Below, in pieces: positions 22,617 through 44,654 of a DNA stretch of 64,000 nt. The notes under the pieces are model-generated. The model had not been told where the DNA came from, did not search any database, and saw only the letters and a program-made list of their open reading frames with translations. The stretch comes from the human T2T-CHM13v2.0 reference genome, Homo sapiens: the NCBI RefSeq assembly GCF_009914755.1, contig NC_060931.1; one strand, 5' to 3'. Position numbers and translations under genes: made by a program. Within the stretch, counting starts at the first letter, position 1; every line of letters starts with the position of its first letter.

Positions 22617-23127
22617 TCAAAGCAGAATTAACAACAAGAGAATCTCACGGAGCATGATGTCTTCTGTGATGTCTTCTTCTCCTGGCCTGGCAGAGTCATG
22701 GAGCCTTGGAGATTACCCTCCAGCCCTCAGAGCAGTGTGCAGCCAAAGTTGGTCCCTGGAAGCTCGCACACAGGCCCAACCCAGACCCCGGGTCCTGCCT
22801 CTATGGCTGCAGGCAGGTCTATCCACCCTGCTGCAAAGTGGCCTTTCATAACCCTGGGGGCAGTTCTTTGTGAAGAGGGATGCCTCAGACACCCAATCCC
22901 TTCAGACGCTTTTTACTTGACATGACCCCCTCTTAGGTCGCCCTCTTTTGGATGCAGCCAGTTTGTCATTGTGCCTCTAGCTAAGATGGGACCTCCACAG
23001 TTGGTTATGTGATTTCATAGTGCAGTGAGGTTCTGGGCTCCTGAAATCTGGCTGGTAGACCATCCCTCCCTGCCAAGCATGAGGCTTTTAGAATAGATTC
23101 ATTTTTCCTTTAAAATAGATCAAAGTG

Positions 23128-23738
<611 letters not shown>

Positions 23739-23759
23739 TTAAAAAATAGATCAAGGTTC

Positions 23760-24610
23760 AGTGCAGCCACTGCGGAAAACAGTTTGGGATATTCCTCAAA
23801 AAGTTAAACATAGAACATGACCCAGCAATTCCCCTTCTAGGGGTATACTTAAGAGAAATGAAAGCAGGGAGCCAAACAGATACTTGTCCGCAATTTCCAT
23901 TGCAACATTATTCACAATGACCAAAAGGTGGAATCAAACCAAGCGTCCATGAGCAGACAAATGGATAAACAGATGTGATGCGTTCACTCAATATTCAGCC
24001 CTAAAGAGGAAGGAAATCCTGACACATGCTACAACAGTGATGAACCTTGAAAACATTCTGCTGAGTGAAATAAGCCAGACCCAAAAGGACAAATATTCTA
24101 TGACTCACCTAGATGAGTAATTTAGAATAGGTGAGTTCATTGACACAATGTAGAATAGTGCTGGTGGTGGTGGTGGTGGTGGTGGTGGTGGTGGTGGTGG
24201 TGGTGGTGTGTGGGAGGGGGGTGTTGCTGAGGAGGGGCTGGAATGGAAACTCATTATTGTTTGTTTTTGTTTTTGTTTTTTTTTGAGACAGAGTCTCGCT
24301 CTGTCACCCAGGCTGGAATGCAGTGGCACAATCGTGCCTCACTGAAACCTCCACCTCCCAAGGCTCAAGTAATCCTCAGGCCTCAGCCTCCCAAGTAGCT
24401 GGGACTGGGACTGCAGGGTGTGTCACCACACCTGGCTGGGAAGTTATTGTTTAGAGCATTTGTTTGGGATGATGAAAAGGTTCTAAATGCATGTCAGTGA
24501 TTGTTACACAACATTGTGAAGGGTCTTAATGCTGCTAATTTATACACTTAAGCATGGTTAAAATGGTAAATTTTATGTATATTTTACAACAATACAAAAT
24601 ACAAAATAAA
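23760..24610 (+). mobile_element. L1MB-type 3' end containing (GGT)n and an Alu arm (24258-24438, -)
   Basis: catgacccagcaattccccttctagg, gatgaaccttgaaaacattctgctgagtgaaataagccag, ggttaaaatggtaaattttatg. Confidence 0.85.
24162..24207. repeat. (GGT)n microsatellite, about 15 units
   Basis: Read directly. Confidence 0.95.
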
Positions 24611-25530
24611 ATCAAGGCTTCTCCCTTTTTGTTCCAGGTCTCTGAGAGAGGTGGCGGCAGAGGGACAGCAGATGCAGGGCAGAGGCCCCCATGCCCCGAG
24701 GCTTTCTCTCTGCGTGGGGGCAGGGTGGGGTGGGTGGCAGATAGAAGGGAGAGGCTTTCTCAGAAGGACCGGCCACCACCCCAGTCCTTTGCTCGAAGCC
24801 TTCTCTCCCCTCGCGGCGCAGAGAAGCCAATCCTCCCTCTGCCCCTGCACACCTTGCCCCCCAGTCTCAAGGCCACACCTGGGCTACTAGTCACCTGGCC
24901 CACCCCACTCCTTTACCCTCTGAGGCCTCGAACCCACCTCCCACAGAAAACAGTCCACACCTGCCTGCTCGCCCTTCACCGCTCCTGACACACCCAGCTG
25001 GAATCTACATTTCCTTATTCGCACCTTGGATCTGTCATGCGGTGAACAGCCGTCTGCAGTTATTTCAATTTTGTGTGTTCTCTCCCTGACTAGGATATAG
25101 AAGGTAGGATATAGACTAGGAGGTAGAGAAGCTGTGATGAGACGTCAGGCTGGAGGCAGAGCCTCAGAGTGCAGACTCGGGGAGGCCATGCAAACTGCGG
25201 CTGCGAGCTCAGGGGCTCACTCACGTGTCCCCAGTCACTGTCATGCGGACTGTCATCGTATTTGCCAAAAACGCTTCACAAGGGGAGCTATAAACAGCAG
25301 TGTCCACCCAATAGGGCCCACGCCTTGACCTTGGAGTTGAATCGTCAGCACCACTTGACCGCTTCTCTCTGTGTCCTTCACCCTTGACCTCTTTGACAGT
25401 GTGGTGCCGGGTGTGTGCAGCCTGAGGGCTTCTGTTCCGGGACGTGGTTGAGCTCCATCCGCCCTGCTAAATTCAGCCTCCAAGAGCCCATATGGCAACG
25501 CCGCAGCTTGAGGCCGCCGTACAGCCAGGC

Positions 25531-25762
25531 TGTGTGTGCGTGTGTGCACACTCTGTGTGTGTGTCCATGTGCGTGCATCCGTGTGCTTGTGTGTGTGTGT
25601 CTGTGTGCATGCATGTGCGTGTGCCCGTGTGCATGCGTGCACACTGTGTGCATGCGTACACTCTGTGTATGTCCATATGCATGTGTGCGTGTGTCTGTGT
25701 GCGTGCGTGCACACTCTGAGTGCTTGTGTACACTGTGTGTGTGTGTGTTGTGTGTGTGCACA
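25531..25762. repeat. degenerate (TG/CA/CG)n alternating purine-pyrimidine tract
   Basis: Read directly; explains the His/Thr and Cys/Val ORFs in the track. Confidence 0.95.
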
Positions 25763-26406
25763 CCACCACCAAGTGAGCTCAGATGGAGGACAGAAGAGTT
25801 TGAAGGTGTGGCTAATGTTGATCTTGAGAGGCGATGAAAGGGCGGCGCAGGGTGTGGGAGGGATGGGCCCCTAGGTTGCTGTGGTGGAGAGAATCCCTTG
25901 GCCCAGCTTTGCTTTGATGGATGGGTCAGCTGAGGTTCTCCTGGTTTAGGCCTCTGGTCAAAATGCAGCAGCCTGCTGACAGGTCCTTCCCTTGAATGAC
26001 AAGTCTGGCTCACCACGGTGCCCAGTCAGAGGCATCTGCCCCTGTACCCCAGATCTTTGCATTTTACCCAGAGCCCTCCATTCATGGGCTCTACTGCAGT
26101 CTCTGTCTCCCCAGTGCCGGTAAGTTGACCTCAGCCCTCTGTAGGCTCCACGGACGGACAAGGAAGGTCGAGTGCCTTCTCCAGCTCCACCTTGGGCGGC
26201 CACCATGGCTCCTGCAGCCAGTCCACCCAGAATGTCTCCAGCTGCCACCATGTACAGAAGATGGGGGCAAGAACCGCCTGTTAAGAGCTGAATGTTTTTG
26301 TTCCTTCCCTCTTCAGTTCATTTGTTGAACCCCTAACTCCAAATGTAATGGTATTTGGAGGCGGGGCCTTTGGGAGGTAATTAGGGTTAGATGAGGTCAC
26401 GAGGGT

Positions 26407-26978
26407 TGTGACGGTGAATATTGGGTGACTGCATTGAGGAATGCCTAGATGGCTGGTAAAGTACCCTCCTGGGTGTGTCTGTGAAGATGTCGCCAGAGGA
26501 GATTGATATTGGAGTTGAGGACTGGGAGAGGAAGACGCACCATCATTGTGGGTGGGCACCATCCAGTCGGCTGCCAGGGCAGCTAGAACAAAGCAGGCGG
26601 AAGAAGAGGGATAGCTTTGCTGGCTGAGTCTTCTGGCTCTATTTTTCCTTCTAGTGCTGGATGCTTGCTTCCCCACCTCCTGCCCTCGGACAGCAGACTC
26701 CAGGTTCTTTGGCCTTTGGACTCTGGGACTTGTACCAGTGACTTCCCAGGGGCTCTCAGGCCTTCAGCTGCAGACTGGAGGGTGCACTGACGGCTTCCCT
26801 GGTTTTGAGGCTTTCAGACTCGAACTGAGCCACTACCGGCTTCTCTCTTTCCCTAGCTTTCAGACAGCCTATCGTGGGACTTGGCCATGTAATCGTGTGA
26901 GCCAGTTCTCCCTAATAAACTCCCTTTCGTATATACATGTATCTTATTGGTTCTGTCTCCCTGGAGAACCCTAACGCA
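26407..26978 (+). mobile_element. MLT2B-like ERVL LTR
   Basis: ctgggtgtgtctgtgaag..gggtgggcaccatccagtcggctgccag..ggttctgtctccctggagaaccctaa. Confidence 0.8.
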
Positions 26979-27011
26979 AGTGTGGAATCCCCATGATGGG
27001 ATTAGTGTCCC

Positions 27012-27776
27012 TTTCACTTGCGTAAAGAGACCACCAAACAGGCTTTGTGTGAGCAACAAGGCTGTTTATTTCACCTGGGTGCAGGCGGGCTGAGTCCGAA
27101 AAAGGAGAGTCAGTGAAGGGAGATAGGGGTGGGGGCCGTTTTGTAAGATTTGGGTGGGTAGTGGAAAATTACAGTCAAAGGGGGTTGTTCTCTGGCAGGC
27201 AGGGGCAGGGGTCACAAGGGCTCAGTGGGGGAGCTTTTGAGCCACGATGAGCCAGGAGAAGGAATTTCACAAGGTAATGTCATCAGTTAAGGCAGGGACT
27301 GGCCATTTTCACTTCTTTTGTGGTGGAATGTCATCAGTTAAGGCAGGAACAGGCCTTTCTCCCCCGCCCACCCCCAGACGGAGTCTCGCTCTGTCGCCCA
27401 GGCTGGAGTGCAGTGGCGCAACCTCGGCTCACTACAAGCTCCGCATCCCGGGTTCACACCATTCTCCTGCCTCAGCCTTCTGAGTAGCTGGAACTGCAGA
27501 CGCCCGCCACCACGCCCGGCTAGTTTTTTTGTATTTTTAGTAGAGACAGGGTTTCACTTCACTGTGTTAACCAGGATGGTCTCGATCTCCTGACCTTGTG
27601 ATCTGCCCGCCTCGGCCTCCCAAAGTGCTAGGAGTACAGGCATGAGCCACCACGCCTGGCCAAGAACAGGCCATTTTCACTTCTTCTATGATTCTTCAGT
27701 TACTTCAGGCCATCTGGATGTATACGTGCAGGTCACAGGGGATATGATGGCTTAGCTTGGGCTCAGAGGCCTCACA
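27012..27776 (-). mobile_element. LTR7 (HERV-H) solo LTR interrupted by an AluY (27356-27661, -)
   Basis: Reverse strand reads tgtgaggcctctgagcccaagctaagccatcatatcccctgtgacctgcacgtatacatccagatggcctgaagtaac...ggtggtctcttt..gtgaaa; perfect 5-bp TSD GTCCC at 27007-27011 and 27777-27781. Confidence 0.93.
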
Positions 27777-27915
27777 GTCCCTTTAAGAACAGGCACCAGA
27801 GAGCTTGCCCTCTCTCTCCACGTGTACACACAAAGAAGGGGTCACGTGAACACAGCAAAATGGCGGCCACCTACAAGCCAAGAGAGGAGGCCTCGGAATG
27901 AAATCTCCCTCCTCT

Positions 27916-28226
27916 GGCCAGGCGCGGTGGCTCACACTTGTAATCCCAGCACTTCGGGGGGCCAAGGCGGGCGGATCACAGTGTCAGGAGTTCGAGACCA
28001 GCCTGGCCAATATGGTGAAACCCTGTCTCTACTAAAAAAAAAAAAAAATACAAAAATTAGGCATGATGGCGCGGGCCTGTAGTCCCAGCTACTCAGGAGG
28101 CTGAGGCAGAAGAATTGCTTGAATCTGGGAGGCGGAGGGTTGCAGTGAGCCGAGATTGCACCATTGCACTCCAGTCTGGGCAACAGAGCAAGTTCCGTCT
28201 CAAAAAAAAAAAAAAAAAAAAAAAAA
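27916..28226 (+). mobile_element. AluS
   Basis: Alu consensus; no TSD visible. Confidence 0.9.
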
Positions 28227-28669
28227 CAAGGAAGAGAGACCTAACTTGACACAGTCTCTTGCCCTTTCACCATGCGATGCCCTTCACAGTGTTACAAAGC
28301 AGCAAGAAGGCCCTTGAAACATGCCGGCGCCATGCACTCAGACTCCCAGCCTCCAAAACTGTAAGAAATAGTTTCTTATCTTTATAAATTATCCAGTATA
28401 TGGATTTTGTTATAGCTACAGAAAACAGATGAAGACAACAGGCTATGTGGTTAGCATAGTGCCTAGCATGTGGTAAATACACAATACATGTTAGTGTTCT
28501 CAAGGACTAATTAAGGAATGTGTCACTGACACAGCCTGCTATTCAGACTGTGGGTTTGCTTTCTTCCTACCTTCAAGTTTGTTCCCACATACAAATCCTG
28601 TGAAGTTAACTATTTAAAATTCTCAACAGAAACTTAATTCTGTACATCAGAATGGAAAGTTTAAAGTCA

Positions 28670-29030
<361 letters not shown>

Positions 29031-29997
29031 TTAATGTCCTTGAGCTCAAAGACCTTCCATTTTTCAAACATTTAGCTTTGAAAGAAAGAATAGATGCACA
29101 GACCTTGAGTCTGAAATAGCAGGGAACATCAGTTCAGCTGGCACTGCCCTGTCACAAGGGGCTGTGGGGCTGGGGTGTGGGGGTAGAGTGAAGCACAGCT
29201 CAGGAAATGGTTACAATTTTGTGGTAGGAGTGATAAGTTTGTCCTCAAAGCTGAAGGTAAGAATATGCGTTTACAACAGATCTGCTCACTTCAGAATGGC
29301 AATGGTGCAACAGAATCTTAAAAACAACAACGATGCACATTTTCCTCAAAATAAAATTCGAAGAACAAATGAAATGGAACTCCAGTGGCGTTCTAGGTCC
29401 CAGGAACTCAGGACTTCTTGCCATTCCATTGTTAAACCCTCTGAACTCTTCTGAGGCGGTCGCCGTGGGCATGGGTTTTGTTTTCCATAAGACATTAAGA
29501 TAAGTGCCACAAAATTCTCTTTGTTTAAATCTACTTCTGTTCTCATGGTAACGGAGGGTCCATCAGCACCAAAATATATAAAGGCACCAAGGCAGCGTGA
29601 AGATGTTACTACGACAACTGGAATTTAGAGGAGACATTTTTAAAGGCGTGTGGGAGGCTTTCACTTCGCTTTCTTCATGAAAGCCTGGGCAGGATGAGTC
29701 AGGCATTTTAGAAAACAGGGGTACGGGGGTACCCTGGGGTCTAAGGTCTGGGTGGTTCCACAGTCACAGTGCTGGCTGGGACATGGGATGACAAAGAGTG
29801 TTGGCTACAGAATTCTGTGAAATCTCTTCAGCGAAAGGTTGCTCTCTTATCAGGAATTATATAGAGAGATCTTTGTGTTGAGAGGAGGTGGGATTGAGGA
29901 GTATTTGCGGAGATGAACTCTAAATTTTAGTCTTCATGGAATTTGTAAATACAAGAAGACTAGGAGAAACAATCTTACATTTAAAAAGGTCCATTCA

Positions 29998-30738
<741 letters not shown>

Positions 30739-30957
30739 TTATTTCTCATCCTGGGCCTAACAGAGCTAAAAATGTTGTCTTTGTTGTTATGTTTACTGTA
30801 TATGCCTAATTTCAGTATTAGGGCTACAGCAGATCTGTGGACCAGCTGAGGGATGCCAGCCTTCTGCATGTGGCACCGGAAAAACCTCACACTCCGGGGT
30901 GAGCTCTGTGTCCTAGGCCCTCAGAGCCCCCTTCCAGTCCTTCGTGATGACTGCCTA

Positions 30958-31689
<732 letters not shown>

Positions 31690-32109
31690 TCACTTCTCTT
31701 GGCCTCACGATGTAACCACAGTTAATTGAATGTGGCCCAGGCACAGGTCATATGAAGGTCTCTGGTAGAGTCAGGACCTTCCTAGTCAGCTCCAGAGGGA
31801 TCTCAGGCAGGAGTTATGCAGCTCAGAGCAAGAAGCCTGGGTAGAGAAGCTTCTGTACACAGATTTCTTTAATTCTCCCAATAACCCTAGGGAAGAAGTA
31901 ACCTGTCCAAGGTCACAGAGGAGTCCAAGGTCACTGATAAGTGAAATTGAAGCCTGGGAGAGGGTGACAGTGTAAGTTTCCACCAGCTGACATTAGAGTT
32001 GAGGGAACCTGGAGCATCTTGCTGTGACTTTGCCATTTTGGCTCTTGGGCCCTACATCATTGGGTGGGGCTTACAGAGAAGTTGCAGATCCTGCAGAGAT
32101 TCACTGATG

Positions 32110-32960
<851 letters not shown>

Positions 32961-33124
32961 ATCCCCTGCGCTGTTGCTCTCTTTGAAAAACAAAGCCCCA
33001 GCTTCATTTTAAGCCATAGGAGAGAGGGATGAGGAGGGCCAAAGTGGGCCACTCTCATTGAAGCTGTCCCCTCTCCCATTTACAGGGGGCGTCCTGTGCG
33101 TCACCTGTCTGCCTCTTACATTAG

Positions 33125-33471
<347 letters not shown>

Positions 33472-33906
33472 AAGCTCCTGCCTCTTCTACCCTTTCCCCT
33501 AAAGCCCAAAGGCTAAGCCTGGGTTCACGGAGAGGCCAGGCCTGGGACGAGATCAAGGCTGTGACCTATTTAGTTTCCTCCATTTCCCGTCCTCTCACAT
33601 CAGTGCCTGCTCGAATCCACCAGAGCTCTGGGGAGAATGTATTTGCATCCAGAACTTTTTCCAGCCACAAGGTGTGAAAACTCCATGTGAAGTTGTGTCT
33701 CCTCACATTGTGGATCTGGCAGCCTCAGTGGGGTGGCTTGGCTGGGGACAAGGCCCAGGAGCATGGCAGGGGCGTGCCGTTACCCACATCTTCCCAGCTC
33801 CCCGGGCCCTCCTGGGATGAGCAGGCCGTCTTTCAGCCCAGGGCCACATGCTGTCACCAGGTCCCTGACCTTTCTCTCACTTATACAATTAATTTATGCA
33901 ACTTGA

Positions 33907-34467
<561 letters not shown>

Positions 34468-34964
34468 TGATGGCTTGGAGGGTCAGGTGAAGGGCTCAAC
34501 CCTGATTCTGTGGGATGCAGTCCCTCCCAAAGGTCTGAGAAGGGCGTGGCCAGGTGTGTGTGTGAGAGAGGACCTTCATGATGGAGGCCATATTTATGGG
34601 GACAGGAAGAAATGGGGAAATCACTGCCAGAGCCCAAGTGAAGATGAGCACGCCAACGGGCCTGGGGAGCAAACAGCACAGGAGCCCCAGAGACATTGTA
34701 GAAGCAATGGAATGGGTCCTTGTCATCCATGAGGAGCACTTTTGCAGACCTTCAGGAATCCCCGGCTTTAAGAGCATCACCCATTGGGCTGAAGGTGCTG
34801 CGGGCGGTCGACGCTCCCTTGCTAAACGATTCATTTCCCTGTCAGCAACCTGGATGCCTGAAGCACACGTTCCTGCCAGGCCTCTGCAGTACCCCAAATG
34901 CCTGAGGGCAAAGACTTTCAAATTACTCGCAGTCACAAGTTTGGGTTGGGACACAAACAGGAAG

Positions 34965-35135
34965 GTGGTGTCAAATATGAGTTCTGATTTTGAGCCCAGG
35001 TAAGTAGGAAGATGGCGCCCAAGACAGAGAGACAAAGGCGGAGTGTTAATGAACAAAAGTGATGACTTCTCTTTGGACCTGTTGACCTTGAGGGTCCTGA
35101 GGAGCACCTAAGTGACAATATTTGCAGGAGCTGCA
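34965..35135. mobile_element. L2 fragment
   Basis: gatgacttctctttggacctgttgaccttgagggtcctgaggagcacctaagtg resembles the L2 consensus. Confidence 0.6.
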
Positions 35136-35428
35136 TTAAGCTCCTTGTCTGCACAAGGCTGACAGGTCATTTACGGCCATATGTCACATTCTGCATGGGA
35201 GAGTTGGCAGAGCTCCCCCAGATGAAGTTAGAATTACTTTCTGAGATGAAAATTTAGACTCAAAATGTGAGAGAAGACATTGGCTAGATAGAGAAAACAA
35301 ATAACAAAAGGCATTTGTAGCAAGAGTGACTGAAAGGTTAGGACCACCCCACAAAGCAGTTGGGGTGACTGCACAAGAACTGTGGGGACATGTAGGATGA
35401 ATCCTGCCTCAGGAGAGAGGAAGCATGA

Positions 35429-36551
<1,123 letters not shown>

Positions 36552-37277
36552 GTATTTTTACTTTCATTTTCATTTGATCCCACAAAAACTTTGTGAGGTT
36601 GGCACATCACTGGGAGTAGTTCCTTTTTACAGGTAAGGAAACTAAGCCCAGAGGTTGAGAAACTTGCCCAAGGTCATACAAAGAACCTAAATCTGATCCT
36701 TTTTCAGGGTCCTTAGACCCCAATATCCATGAGTAAAATTAATAGCATTTTGCCTACTTTAAAATATATTTATACTTATTCCTTTGCCACACCTGGAATA
36801 CCTGCCCACCCACCCAACCCTCTAACCCACCTACTGCTCACTCCAACCTCCCAACTTGGAGTTTCTACTTCTCCTTCAAAGCTCAGCTGAAATATCACCT
36901 GCTCAGTAAGGAGATCCCCCCTTACCCAGGGAAGGGCAATCAGATCCTCACTCAAAGTCCAGGGCAGGAGCATCTTCTCTGCGTGTGCCCAGGACAGGAG
37001 TCCACACCCAGCTCCCGGGAGGCTGGGAAGGCAGCGTCTGGACCTTCTAGCTTCTGGGAAGGCAGTCTCTGCCTGTCCTGAGACTCATGAGGCAAGGAAT
37101 GCCCAGGAGCCAGATATGGGGTGTTCAGGAGCTGAGTAATGAGAAGAATGACAGATGCTCACCAGAGCCCACATCTCCGGCTGCTTGGCAATGAAAAAAA
37201 TTCTCCCCATTTTCATACTTCAAAAATGAAAATGTTGTCGCTGATACAAAGATATAATCCTTTGTATAATCAGAAGT

Positions 37278-37609
<332 letters not shown>

Positions 37610-38099
37610 TTACCTGCAAAGGGAAGTAACCTGGAGTCTCATTAGTGCCACATCCACTTCTGGTCCAGGATTTCTATTCCCACCCCAAAGCCTCTTTGTA
37701 AAACAAATATTTTGTAATATCCCCTTTACTACTCTGAATGAAATTCAGAGGTAAAACATCCTAACTACATACATAAATTTTAAGATCTATTTATCCATCT
37801 CTCTATCTCTATTCCTAACTGCATAATAAAGGGGAAACGAATAATTTGTTTAAAATAAAGATAAAATGTATTTAAATAAGTAAATTCTCAAGCATGACAA
37901 TTCTAGATACCATAATAAAGGAGTTAGTCACCCCACCACCGGATAGCTGGTTTCCCTGCTCAACAAATGTGTCAAAACAGTGTACGTAAATGTGAAATTA
38001 TGTTGCCGCTAAGAACCATAGAGTTCCACTTAGTGTTATGCCTCTTTCTTAGTGGTGGTGCTGCAGAGGACAACTGCCTCTAAGCTATTAAAGGATGCT

Positions 38100-38704
<605 letters not shown>

Positions 38705-39383
38705 TTACCAGGAGAACTTTGTTCCCTTGGCATCTCTCTCCCCTGTCTTCTCTTGCAATCTAATCAGAAAAGCAAAATGGAGACAAACCATGTTTTCTCC
38801 TCACCTGCAATTAGGAAAATTGCAATTAGGAAATTTTCCTTTGCTGGTTAACAATATTGGGCCGTCACGTCCCCCGGTGTGGGGAGCAATGACCTGCAGT
38901 TGAAACTGGCCTCAGCTGCCTGTGTTTTACAACCTGCCATGAACCTTTGGCAGATCAACTTAATTTTTTCCTAATTATACAAATAATAAGGCACATTTAG
39001 AAAGTATAGAAAAGTAAAAGCAGAAAAAAAACCCACCTATAATCCTGCCACCCAGAGGCAATCCCTATTAACATTTTGATATATTTCCTACCTGGATTTT
39101 AAATGCATTTTTCTGTAGCTGAGCTCATACTGTACACATTATTTCATGCTCTAATTTTTTTCACCTGTTAGAGTACTTGCCCATATCATTAAAATTGGTT
39201 GAAAACATTGTTTTCCATATTCCTTTTTTATTATAAAAGTAATACATACTTACTACTAAAAAAATTCAGAAATATGTAAAGAAAAAAGGAAAATTTTTCA
39301 CTTTAATTCTTTTTCCCCTCATGCCTCAGGGAGAACCACTTTTAACAGTTCTTTGAACAGTTTAGTTTTTATCCTTGCAGATC

Positions 39384-43620
<4,237 letters not shown>

Positions 43621-44355
43621 TGAACAGATTTCATATCGTGTATTTGCATGTCCAGAAAGTGATCCCATAGCCTGGGACCTGATGTTGACATCTGTCCCCT
43701 TCAGAGCTCCCTGATGATTTTCCAAATGGACAGTCTCCTGGGCTCCACAAGACTGAGTTCCTGATTCCAGAAGAGCTGAAAAAATGCCAGCAACTCTTGA
43801 ATTATGTGAAGGAGGGGCACACGCAGGTGGCTTCCCATGTGCAGAGGCTGTTTATGGAGTGTGCAGGATTCAGCCCAGAAGTGTGAAGTTGGAAACAGAA
43901 AGTCAGTCTTGGCCTTAGGCTTGCCCGTAACGAGGACTAAATGGGTTGCCAAAGTCATACATATAAACAATAATCGAGTTTACAAGCACCCGGGTAGCAC
44001 AGCCTCTGCTTTCTGGACACGCCTTGCCTCAGGCATATGGATTATAGGAAACCCGAAACAGATGTTGGTAGCTGAGCAAGGCCTTCGGGAGTTTACGGGA
44101 CAATAGAGAGAAAATCCAGTAGAGTGGAAACATTCAATAAGGAGCCAGAAAAGGGCCCTACTTAAATACAATCTCAAAAAAAGCAAAGGGCCCTGCCTCT
44201 CCTAGAAGTCACTCTGTTAAGACTGACACCTCCTGGCCTGCTGCTGCTCTGTGGCTGGTCCAGGCCTCCCAGGGATACCCACAAATTCTGCAGCGCACAG
44301 AGCAGGTTGCTGGGAGCTCCTTAGTGGAACAACCAAGAGTTCCCTTGCATATATA

Positions 44356-44654
<299 letters not shown>

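Larger units (their letters stand above)
26283..28437 (+). mobile_element. MaLR LTR sequence (MLT1A/MST-like) hosting nested MLT2, LTR7 and Alu insertions
   Basis: atggtatttggaggcggggcctttgggaggtaattagggttagatgaggtca resumes as catgatgggattagtgtccc after the MLT2 insert. Confidence 0.75.

Noticed and set aside
22936-22951. CTCF-like CCAAAAGAGGGCGAC on the minus strand (also a similar core near 33080)
   Set aside because: Mismatches at informative positions; cannot be supported without PWM scoring or ChIP data
25253-26016. Long ORFs up to 212 aa rich in His/Thr or Cys/Val
   Set aside because: Produced by the stop-free TG/CA low-complexity tract
27277-27355. Direct repeat aatgtcatcagttaaggcagg
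   Set aside because: Known internal U3 repeat of LTR7
34496-35107. 203-aa minus ORF, 141-aa plus ORF and a CAG|GTAAGT donor near 35000
   Set aside because: Not protein-like; the donor lies in L2-like sequence and has no clear partner acceptor
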